From the NCBI RefSeq assembly GCF_001194135.2, contig NC_068984.1:14976700-15040699 (forward strand): a stretch of 64,000 nucleotides of DNA. The letters are read 5' to 3'. The notes under the pieces were generated by a model. The model did no database searches and was not told the origin of the DNA. It worked only from the letters and a program-made list of their open reading frames with translations. Origin of the DNA: Octopus bimaculoides. Its lineage: Eukaryota. Positions 25,901-36,200 of the stretch are shown here, piece after piece (the first letter of the stretch is position 1; each line of letters opens with the position of its first letter). The position numbers and the translations under genes are program-made.

Positions 25901-28900
25901 ATGCATCCCTCTCACTTCATAGTTGAGTTGTTAACAAACAAGTACATGTTATGTAATTGTTTCAATTTGGAAACCAAACTAACCTATAACAGCTTAGAAA
26001 AGCATCAAAAGCTTTTCCTAAAAGTGTTAAAAAGTGATACTAAAGTTAGCTAATATATTAGTGAAATTACAGAAAATATCCTCTCTCTCTCTCTGTTCAA
26101 CCGAGCCTGTTTATAAAGGCTCACAATTCATTACTTCATCCATCATTGTCGACGATGACAAAGGACATCAGATGGGAAAAGGGAGGCTAACAAGTACACA
26201 TCTACTGAATCATTGGCTGTGTAATATCCTTTACAGGTCTTCAACATTCAGTATCTATATCTCACTGAACCAGGCGTCACCAGACTCCTCACGCACTTCT
26301 CATGCTGTTTACTTGCCACACAAGAAAAGAAATATTTCTGTTGCTAAAGAAAGAAACAATGATTTACCTAGAACAATTGAACCCCACCATGGCAGACCAA
26401 CACTGACATGAAGCGTTTCCAAAGCACTTTGTATCAAACCACTTGGTGTCCAGGAGGCTAGGCCCAGGCTAGAGAAGGTAGGTTCTCCTAATGCATTCAA
26501 TGTTTCTACTGGTGGTGGTGGTAGAGGCGGTGGTTCTGGAATGTACCCTGCAGGTAAGCTGCTTGTTAAGCTATCCTGGAAAGAAATATTATTGTATATT
26601 AATAAGAGGTAAGAGTAATATTTAAGTAATTCTGAGCAACAAATATTGAGTTCAAGCATTAAATATTCTGAGGCGTGATTGTGTGGTAAGAAGTTTGCTT
26701 CCCAACTACATGGTTCTGGGTTCAGTCTCACTGTGTGGCACCTTGGGCAAGTGTCCTCTTCTATAGTCTTAGACTGACCAAAGCCTTGTGAATGGATTTG
26801 GTAGACAGAAACTGAAAGAACCCCATTGTCTGTGTGTCTTTGTGTCAGTGTTTGTCCTCAACCACCACTTGGAAACTGGTGCTAGTGTGTTTACATCCTC
26901 CATAACTTAGTGGTTCAGAACAAAAGACTGATAGAATAGGTACCAGGCTTTACACAAAAAAATAATAAGTACTGGGGTTGATTCATTCAATTAAAAAACT
27001 CCTCATGGCGGTGCCCTAGCATGGCCGCAGTCCAATGACTGAAACAAGTATAAAGTATAAGACATATCTACCTCTCTGGAAAAACAGTATTATTTTCCAC
27101 ATAGAGTTTACTTTGAATGTTACAGAATCTCAAGAAAAAGAATTTGTAACAGTCTGTGGCAATACATTATTGAACAGAGCAATGGGAAAAGAAGCTGTAG
27201 CTATATCAGGGTGGCCGATGTCAGTGCCCCCTGACTGGCTCCTGTGCCAATGGCACGTAAAAAGCACTATCCAAACGTGGTCAACGCCAGTACCCCCTGA
27301 CTGGCTCCTGGTGGCACTTAAAAAGCACCATCCAAATATGGCTGATGCCAGTGCCCCCTGACTTGCTCCCGTGCTGGTGGCACATAAAAAGCTCTATCCC
27401 AACATGATCGATGCCAGGCCCACCTGACTGGCTCCTGTGCTGATGGCACATAAAAAACAGCCACAACATTCACGGAGTGGTTGGTGTTAGGAAGGGCATC
27501 CAGCTGTAGAATTCTTGCCAGATCAGATTGGAGCCTGGTGCAGCCACTGGCTCTCCAGACCTCAGTCAAACCATCCAACCCATGCCGGCATGGAAAAGAG
27601 ACGTATGATGATGATGATGATGATGAAAGCCAATCAAAATTACTGACTACCTTTTGCTACCATTTCTTTTTTAATTATGTTGCTTTTGTTTCAATTCATT
27701 TTGAAAATAATGAAAAATTTAGTTAAATAATTTTGTTGTTATTAAACTGTTAGTTGGAACATGAACTGGTTTCAAATTTTCAACACCAAGTCAGCAAGTG
27801 CAAGGGAACAGGTAAGTCTATTACAATGACACCTGGGCTCAACTGGTGCTTATTTTATCAATCCCGAAAGGATGAAAAGCAAAGTTGACCTTGGTAGAAT
27901 TTGAACTTAGAATGTAAAGACAAACAAAAGCCACTAAGCATTTTGTCCGGTGTGTTAATGGTTCTACCAGCTCGACACCCTTATTTGGAATGTAAGTTAA
28001 CATTGAAGATTTGATGTCAGATTTTGTTTAGCTCACAGGATGGTTTCAGGTGGATATCAAAAGGGTTAAAAATATATAAAACCATATGATAATAACTAAA
28101 TACAGATTGGAAAATATACAAAAGAACAGCTTACTGTTGTTGCTGAAGCAGCCTGGTTCACAGCATCTGTAGAATTAAATAAAGAAGGTGATGCAAGAGC
28201 AATATGTGGTCTCCGAAGACTGAATTTATTCAACGAAGAGCGTCCTATGCAGAGATGGTTGAGAGAAGCTACTGTGTATTCCCTTGAAGCTAACATTGAT
28301 ATGTTCATCTACAAAATATAAAGAATTTTACAAACAAAATTAATACAGCAATAAAATAAAGATGAAATGGTGGATTTATTTTTTAATTTATGAACTTGTA
28401 TGGTATTATGGTCAAACCCTAACAGAGTTAGATCAGACAAATTACTAACTAACCACAGTTTTCTTCAGTTTTTTTATTATTTATTTTACCTCCCTTACAC
28501 TGTCTCTACTTACTCAAAAAGAATATATCATTTTTTCAGACATAATTAAAAGGAAGATTGAATGTAGTAAAAAACGCAGGATCAGGCGAGAGGGTACCGA
28601 TACAAAATGGGATTAGGTAACTGAGTTAAGAGAGCCTGCAGAGAGGCAACACAAGACTGACTGACTTTTAAGTGATAATCCAAAGTGAAAGAATAAAAAA
28701 GGCAGAGCAAAAACACAGTATATGTGGGGCCATAAGCTGGAGTGTTAGTGAACATCCATGTCTTTCAGCTAGGTGGTTTTTCAGGGGATACATCAGAAAG
28801 ATGCGGATGCTGCACACACAGGAGCAGTACTTTAACCTTTTAGAGAATTAAGAACTAAAGCATTTTCTGGGCCTAAAGAGGAAAGACCAATCTTTGGAAA

Positions 28901-29340
28901 TACAGTTCTGGAGAGATCATCAGAGACAGTGAGGTTTAGAATTTGTAGCAACTTAGGATTTAGTTGTGTATTATTTATGACTAGAGAGAAGCTAAACGTG
29001 TGTTTCTTTGATAAGGGCAGTGATTGTGCTTTTGAACTATTGACAGAGACAAGATTGATATGGCCCCCATTGGAGACCGTTTCTGAAATCTCTGTTCATG
29101 GAGATAGAGAAGTTTTGATGCATAGAACATTAAGGACCTCTGAGATAGGTAAGCAGGATTCCCAGGCGACGCTTAATCACCAATTCAGTAGCCCCTTGTA
29201 TGTGAATTCTATTCCGATTGGTGATCACTGATTCCACCTACCCTCGCACCGTGGCAGAATAAGTCCAGACCTCGACGTCTTGTTTCGCCCGCAGATATCG
29301 TAAGAAAGACTTGACCTATCGCTGGCCGATGTGACGTCAT
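16756..29340 (-). CDS. OXA1L: Mitochondrial inner membrane insertase OXA1L (YidC/Oxa1/Alb3 family); 9 exons, 1293 nt, 430 aa
   Basis: Exons 29340-29242, 28308-28135, 26575-26368, 25593-25450, 22462-22377, 21274-21110, 19503-19399, 17900-17741 and 16907-16756. All introns are GT-AG with consistent phases. Motifs: LGEPTFSSLGL..WTPSGLIQ..LE.LH..GLPWWGSI, RMCMFPLVV, ESLTTGGILWFTDL, YWFTSNTFSL.Q. Confidence 0.96.
17741..17900 (-). CDS. OXA1L: OXA1L exon 8
   Basis: ccag|AMLCYWFTSNTFSLIQVLFLKIPAIR...GFIEGFRE|gtgagt. Confidence 0.95.
19399..19503 (-). CDS. OXA1L: OXA1L exon 7
   Basis: gcag|LGVDG...RLMPVVLFPIISGFPT|gtttgt. Confidence 0.95.
21110..21274 (-). CDS. OXA1L: OXA1L exon 6 (absent from the ORF track)
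   Basis: ttag|MPVFLSVFIGLRGMCNLPVESLTTGGILWFTDLSLVDSYYALPLLTVTTFLATIE|gtatga. Confidence 0.95.
22377..22462 (-). CDS. OXA1L: OXA1L exon 5
   Basis: cttag|ASLAGNELIEYMKRNQVKPFRNFLVPLAQ|gtatgt. Confidence 0.93.
22640..22975 (-). mobile_element. RTE LINE 3' fragment including the ORF C-terminus
   Basis: Minus strand encodes LGLMEAMTGDRDLWQCTMLEKTCQAK*, followed by the common 3' tail. Confidence 0.75.
23388..23822. repeat. 30-bp minisatellite (~14 units) in OXA1L intron 4
   Basis: Unit gagactggacacaagtatggctgtgtggtt; edge units are more diverged. Confidence 0.95.
25450..25593 (-). CDS. OXA1L: OXA1L exon 4
   Basis: tttag|GTIIVRMCMFPLVVLAQRN...RLSGNPVE|gtaagc. Confidence 0.95.
26368..26575 (-). 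CDS. OXA1L: OXA1L exon 3
   Basis: ccag|DSLTSSLPAGYIPEPPP...GLPWWGSIVL|gtaaat. Confidence 0.95.
26666..27060 (+). mobile_element. SINE family B head with its long 3' tail module
   Basis: Same composite at 56848-57270, 57335-57735 and 63700-64000. Confidence 0.75.
27220..27625 (+). mobile_element. RTE 3' UTR with about 5 tandem ~55-bp subrepeats and a (GAT)n tail
   Basis: Repeated gccagtgccccctgactggctcctgtgc..tggcacgtaaaaagcac unit. Confidence 0.75.
28135..28308 (-). CDS. OXA1L: OXA1L exon 2 (targeting-peptide region; begins with ATG)
   Basis: ttgtag|ATG AAC...ACA|gtaagc; 174 nt, phase 0/0. Confidence 0.85.
29242..29340 (-). CDS. OXA1L: OXA1L exon 1 (putative coding part)
   Basis: MTSHRPAIGQVFLTISAGETRRRGLDLFCHGAR|gtaggt; 99 nt, in frame with exon 2; start choice uncertain. 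Confidence 0.65.
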
Positions 29341-29357
29341 CTCGTCCCCTTCCGGTC
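29331..29357. promoter_or_regulatory. CRE palindrome (TGACGTCA) and ETS-type site (CCGGAAG) at the OXA1L 5' end
   Basis: gtgacgtcat at 29331-29340 and cttccgg at ~29349-29355, in a locally GC-richer patch. Confidence 0.5.
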
Positions 29358-31827
29358 GTCTTGCGAAGGTCCCTCTTTTTCCCTTCTGGACAATCACTCT
29401 TCCACCAAATACAATTGATAAAAAAAAAACTTCCAATTTCTTTTATTAACATTTATTATCACGCTTTGATAGATATTTAAAATAAATGATAAGACGTCAT
29501 TGATGCAACCAACAAATAAACCTCTTCGTTTCAATAACTTTGCAATAATTAAGGAATCGCTAAAAATAACAAGAGTATCTTTGCAAGAATTTGTATCAAT
29601 GAACTGCAAATATACCTAATATTTATATTTGAAGTGTGTTAGCGAGTAGTTGTAAACAAAACAGTTTAACAATTGTATTAGCGTCATATGACGACGAACG
29701 GTGCGCTGAAGGTCAACAGGAAGGGTAACCAACCCAACAAGGGAATAAACAACGTTTATTTCTACCCCAAAATAATATAAACTACTATTTTATAGAACAT
29801 ACAAATGATATATTATAAGCGATCAGTATTCTGTAGATAATTACTTAGAAATCTTTTAATCGGTAGATAAGCAACGACAAGAGATTACCGGTTGTGATAG
29901 CAGTAAAGTCATATAAAGTTAAAAGAAAAAAAAAACGACATTCTTTCATTTAAAATCATAACTTTTCCAGAGGTAGGAATCATCAATTTTGTAACAAATA
30001 ATTACCTTCTGAGTCCATACTTTTCGAGAAATTCTTCTCGTTATATCAAATAAACGCACATGCCCCATGCAGGTAGCCATGATGTTGTATAACAGGTTAC
30101 ATCTAAAATATGGAACAGAAGATTAAAACGAAACGATCCTAAAAACTTGGAATTAGAATTACAAAGACTGGTGAGCGAAACTATGGATTGTATAAAATTT
30201 CGTTTCACGTGAAGGATTGTAAAGTACAGATAGTTTACATCTGATGAGTTAAAAAAACTGATTTTGTTTCTTACTTACAGTCTCGTGTTGTTGTTTAGCC
30301 GCAGGTCAGCTCTGATTGAGCAAACCTATGAAGACATCTTAATCTTCATCCTGTTTTTCCCCTATGTCCAGGGAACCCAAGACAACATTATCTAACAAGT
30401 CTTTTTTTAATTCGATAGGACGAGATTCAAAGAAGATTTGACGACTATTTCCAGCAGGTCAAACAACCACGTTGGGGTTCTTTCATTGACTCAAACTGTC
30501 TCATATAAATAATAAAGAATTTGTTGAAGTCATATTATACACATAAATATTATTATATATTCATAAGTCCATAAAATTCTAATAATGGATTGTTTTCCCA
30601 TTCTTTCTAATACAAAGAAACAACTAAAAGTTACATCAGTTTCGGAACACGACTTGGAAAGCATTTTCTGGCGTTAGTGCGCAGTTCTCAACGAATTTTT
30701 GTCGAACTTTGCTGTCGTATGAAATCAGTGACTTTTAGGATTCTTACTTTGGGAACAAAAAAGTTTGCCAAGATCAAAAAGCAGAGTTGCCTCGTGCTTG
30801 GCCAAGAAACCGTGGATAAGATGTGTAAAGACTTGGCTTGGCCCTGCCTGTTATTCGAAACTGAAACCATTCGCTTGTTTCTTGTCAAACAATTCTTAAA
30901 TCTCTTTATCTTTGCATCTCCACAGTGAATGATGTATAGCAAACACGTGACCTAAGACCTTTTCATAGTCACTTAAAGATCAGTCCTTTGTTTAGAATCT
31001 GAACTGCGTCCTAGCATAGTCTATATAACAGAGACCATTTCCTTTCTCCCTCCTTTTTGTGTCAGCCATGACCAGGAGCGACACTTCTCTTCGTCTTTCG
31101 GTCGTCATATGAAGAGCAGCTTTCGGCCGAAATCAAAAAGGGACGATGCCGCCTTTATCCTTTCTCCCTCTCTTGTCAGCACTGTGCAATCCCTACGCTT
31201 TCTCTCTCTACCAGCAGAGCGCAACTTCCACACTATTGACTACCAGCCAGCAGGAGAACCTTTTGTCATTGTCGACTACAATTACTGCTGTCTTGGGCAA
31301 ATAAAAGATGTAAATAATACTGTAAATAATATTCCTTCCTTTTCGAAGTTCTTCTTCATTGGTATCTCTTGTCGTGAGAACCTCACATCAACAATTCGCT
31401 ACATTTACAAGTGTTACATCTACACGCTACATTTGGCAGACGGCTACCTCTTACCGCTGCACTGACAATGCCGACGTGCAGACACATTTTTGCCGCTGCA
31501 TTTGGTGACCTCCGACGAAAAAGAATAACAGCCTTCACTTCAACAAGCGTTAAATTGTAGACTTAATTATAACTTTATTGCAAGTTTTATTCATTTGTTG
31601 ATTACTTACGCCTCATTCTAAAGAAACCCACGCCTCACCTTGAAAAATACTAGGCTCAGCGGATAGGAGAGTGAGGGAGTGACAACCCAATCTACATCAG
31701 AGAAGTTGATAAAGAATAATACTTTGATAAAGAAGTTGATAAAGAATAATACATCTGTTAGAGAAAGGATAATACTTTGACGACCTAATCTTCAGGAAAC
31801 TCGAATGGTTGTTCAATGTAAAACTCT

Positions 31828-32844
31828 CCCCAGACTCCCTAAGTCTGCGCAAGTACTCGTCTTTATCTCTTCCCTGTTTTCTTTCCTCCGTCCATGCTTG
31901 CTCCCCTTTGGTAGGCCACACCCTCTCCTCTCCAGCATGGACTAATTGTAACAGGGAGATAGACGAAGCTCTTTCACAATGGAGAGAGGTGGGTTTGTCA
32001 GTTCCGGTTACAGTGAAGGATAGACGGAAACAGAGAGTATGGGACAATCTGCGTTCAGGTGTCATTTTCAACACTCTCCTTGATCAATCTGATCAATTTT
32101 CAAGGTGTCGCCTACTTTCAGCTAGTGCAAAATTCTCAGGGCACTGGATTGATACCCTGCCTGTGGCCAACATTAGAGGTCTACTCAGTCTAAATGAACT
32201 CCGAATCTCCATTGCACACAGAGTGGGAGCTGACGTCTGTAGGGGACCGAGATGCCGCTGTGGTAGGGCCCTCGACCCCACAGGTCTTCACGGTCTGTCT
32301 TGCCGCCTAAATGCTGGTCGCTTCGTTCGTCACGCCGAGCTAAACTTAATCGTTAAGCGGACCCTGGCTCAGATTAATATCTCCTCAGTTCTGGAGCAGT
32401 TGAGATTATCCAGAAGTGATGGAAAGAGACCAGATGGTCTTACCCTCTGTACCTCGGTTAGAGGCAGGTGCCTCATTTGGGACACCAGTCTGCGACTCCT
32501 TTGCTCCCTCCCAAATCCTGGATGCTGCAGTTAATGTAAAGGGTTACTGCTCCCGTAGCCGAACGGAAGAAAACCCTGAAGTATCGGGACCTGACAGTGA
32601 ACTATCTTTTCCAAGTTGTGACGTTTGAGACGTTCGGAGGGGCTGAGCCGCTAACCGCGAAGTTCTTGTCAACGTTGGCAGCTCGCCTCACCGAGGTGTC
32701 AGGTGATGCCCGTGAGGGCGCTTGGCTTCCCAATGTCTTAGCCTCACCATCGCCCGTGTTAATACTGCCAGCGTGCTGGCTTGCTTCAGTAGGTTCCTTT
32801 AAACCTTCTGGTGTGCGACCAGTCGCTGTGATAAAAAAAAAAAA
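31828..32844 (+). mobile_element. 5'-truncated CRE-clade-like non-LTR retrotransposon (RLE endonuclease) with poly(A) tail
   Basis: LSLPCFLSS, RLLS...SGHW...P..N...L...ELRI, the zinc knuckle CRCG...D..GLH.LSC, RH..LN, DGKRPDGLT...G.CLIWD, AE.KK..KY..L, FETFG; frameshifts; A12 at 32833-32844. Confidence 0.85.
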
Positions 32845-33106
32845 TTCCCCACAAATGGTTTCAATGCAGTTTTAACAGAAAAATTTAGAAGAATTAGATG
32901 AAAGTTCTCCTGTAATTTTCTTTTATGTAAAAAATAAATGTTTATGTCAATTTTAAAATTTCCCAGCAAAATCTTATAAAATGGCAATGTTCTAAAAGAT
33001 GTCCATGTTCATATGTTAGAAATGAAAATCTCCGCGTCCATGTAAGGTATGAGAAGAAATTGAAGTTATCTCCCTTGCTGAATTCTCAGAATTCAAATTT
33101 GGAATC

Positions 33107-33265
33107 ATGGCGGCGATTATTCGTGTGAAACGTCGTATTTCCGATGGACCTTTGGAAAATATTGTTGTTTCTTGTAAAAAGAATCGCTTGATTGAGAACG
33201 TGAATACACCTAATGAGGAGATTGTTACTACAGAGTTAAAGTTTGCCGGAACTGTTGTTGATAAG
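33107..33265 (+). CDS. SLC7A6OS: SLC7A6OS exon 1
   Basis: aatcATGGCGGCG start; MAAIIRVKRR...FAGTVVDK|gtaaca. Confidence 0.9.
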
Positions 33266-36200
33266 GTAACATCTTTCAAATAAAACTTGTAACTTTGTCA
33301 TTTTCTTGTGAGAGCTAAACACGGCAGGTATTGTTGTTGTTGTTATTTTGTCGCTGGTCAAACCCCAACTTAGGTGGGCTATGGGCCCTTCGTTTCTAGG
33401 TCTCCGTGATAGTTAAAGTCATAATTTACTTGTCCTGGTTATGATGAAGAAATAAAACTCACTGATGGAACCGTTTGGCTGTGTACCATGTTAACATGCG
33501 GTTTACCGATGTATGTGGAGGCGCAATGGCCCAGTGGTTAGGGCAGCGGACTCGCGGTTTCGATTCCCAGACCGGGCGTTGTGAGTGTTTATTGAGCGAA
33601 AACACCTAAAAGCTCCACGAGGCTCCCGCAGGGGTTAGTGACGAACCCTACTGGGCACTTTCACCACAACTTTCTCTCACTCTTACTTCCTGTTTCTGTT
33701 GTGCCTGTAATCCAAAGGGTCAGACTGTGTCACGCTGAATATCCCCGAGAACTAATTTAAGGGTACATGTGTCTGTGGAGTGCTCAGCCACTTGCACGTT
33801 AATTTCACGAGCAGGTTGTTCCGTTGATCGGATCAACTGGAACCCTTGATGTCGTAAGCGACGGAGTGCCAACAACCCATGTATGTATAAACAGATACAT
33901 TTTCGCAAAGAAAACATGTGAATTGAAGTTGTCAAAAATTAGGTTAAAAGAATATGGGAGTTTCTTATACATGGATAATATCATAATCCTTGATAAAGCC
34001 TTTTTTCAAAATTTTAAGCCTAAAAAATTTAGGGGTTCCTTATTTCTTTTCTTTTAGGCAGATGCTATTTCACAGCACATTCGTAAAGCAATCAAAAAGG
34101 AAAAACTTGAGAAAGAATATAAACGTCATGCTTGCCAGAACCCTACTGTTAGAAGCCGCACCATTTCCCAGGCATCATCGAAGAACAAACGATATTTTGT
34201 TATTTCAAAATACAGGAGCCCAGAATTGGATAAAATTGATTCTGTAAATGTTGACGATGAAACTACTTCACAAAAAACGCAAGATGCTACCAAAGAAACT
34301 GTGACTGACCCTGACAGGGACAAATTGTATGTTCTGTATGATATTGAACAGGATGTGGTCCCCATTACTGCAAATGTGAGTTTTCCATTAGTCTTTTTTT
34401 TCTTTCTTTCATCATAGTTTAACAAATTTGTTCTTATGTCACATAAAATGCCATTTTGCACTATTGAATTTTCATCCTTTTTATGTTTCAAAATCAGCCT
34501 TCATTGCGATCCACTTTGCTTATCATCCTTCCAGGCTCATCATCATCATCACCATCATCATCATCATCGTTTAACGTCCGCTTTCCATGCTAGCATGGGT
34601 TGGACGATTTGACTGACGACTGGTGAACCAGATGGCTACACCAGGCTCCAATCTGATTTGGCAGAGTTTCTACAGCTGGATACCCTTCCTAACGCCAACC
34701 ACTCCGAGAGTGTAGTGGGTGCTTTTACGTGCCACAGGCACGAAAGCCAGTCAGGCGGTACTGGCAACAGCCATGCTCAAAATGGTGTATTTTACATGCC
34801 ACCTGCACAGGAAGTACCTGGGAAATATAAGGGTTGATTTAATCAATTAAGACTGTGCCAGTGACATGTAAGAGGGACCATTCGAGCATGGTGATGCCAG
34901 TTCTGCCTGACTGGCACGTAAACAGCACCATTCAAGCATGACTGATGCCAATGCTACCTGACTGGCACCCATGCCAGTGGCATGTAAAAAGCACCATTTG
35001 AGCATGTCCAATGCCAGGCATCAAGTTGTAGAAACTCTGCCAAATCAGATTGGAGCCTAGAGCAGCCTCCTGGCTTACTAGTCCTCAATCAAACCGTCCA
35101 ACCCATGCCAGCATAGAAAGCAGACGTTAAACAACGACGATGAACACTACCCACGAAATTTGTGTCTCTGTAACTATATTATAAATTAATATTTGGGGAA
35201 CAGAAGGCAGTAAACTGGCAGAGTCGTTAGCACACCAAGCGAAATTCTTGCCGGCATTTTGTCCATCTTCACATTCTATGTTTAAATTCTACCGAGGTTG
35301 ACTTTGCCTTTCATCTTTTCAGGGTTGATAAAATAAGTATTTATTTAGCACAGGGGTCGATACGAGTGACTTACCCACTCCACAAAAATTGCAGGCCTTG
35401 TACCAAAATTTGAAATCCATATTTTGGGTTTGTTAAAATTGATAGCCTATCGGATGGTTTGTTTTATTTCATTAAGACTCCTTAGTTTGTGACTTCAAAT
35501 CCTGGTCAGCTCTGCCTGTCAGTTTTCTAGAGTTGATAAAGTAAGTACCAGTCAAATACTGGTGGCAATCTATCATTAGACTTGAACTAAGCACTGGAAA
35601 TTAATGAAACGTTTGTTCTCTACACATTTAGTGCATTTATATCAATCCCAAATGTTGGACTCAGTTTAGTGAGTGATTGAGTTAATCTACTTTCAGAGTT
35701 ATCTACCTTTAATGTTGTAAACATCACCTGTGCTGGTGCCATGTAAAAACACCCCAGTAAATTCCTGTAAAGTGGTTGGCATTAGGAAGGGCATCAAGCC
35801 ATAGAAACCATACTAAAACAGTCTGTTGGAGCCTGGTGTAGCTCTCCAGCTTGCTAGCTGCTGTCAAACCGTTCAGCCTGGATAACAGACGTTAAATGAT
35901 GATGATGATGATGATGATGATGGTGATGTTCTGCATTAGAACATAAAGAAGCAAAACCTGTGAGCTGGCAGAAACGTTAGCACGCCGGGCGAAATGCCTA
36001 GTGGTATTTCGTCTGCCGTTACGTTCTGAGTTCAAATTCCGCTGAGGTTGACTTTGCTTTTCATCCTTTTGGGGTCAAGGTAATCAACTTAATCCCCTTG
36101 TCTGTCCTTGTTTGTCCCCTCTATGTTCTGCATATAAATGCAGTAAAACCCTTGAACAATGTGCCCCAGCATGGCCACAATTTAATGAGTAAAACCAGTA

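Noticed and set aside
31100-31150. Hammerhead-like ATGAAGA...ccGAAA
   Set aside because: C3 is replaced by A, stem II is poor, and there is no stem III or NUH site.
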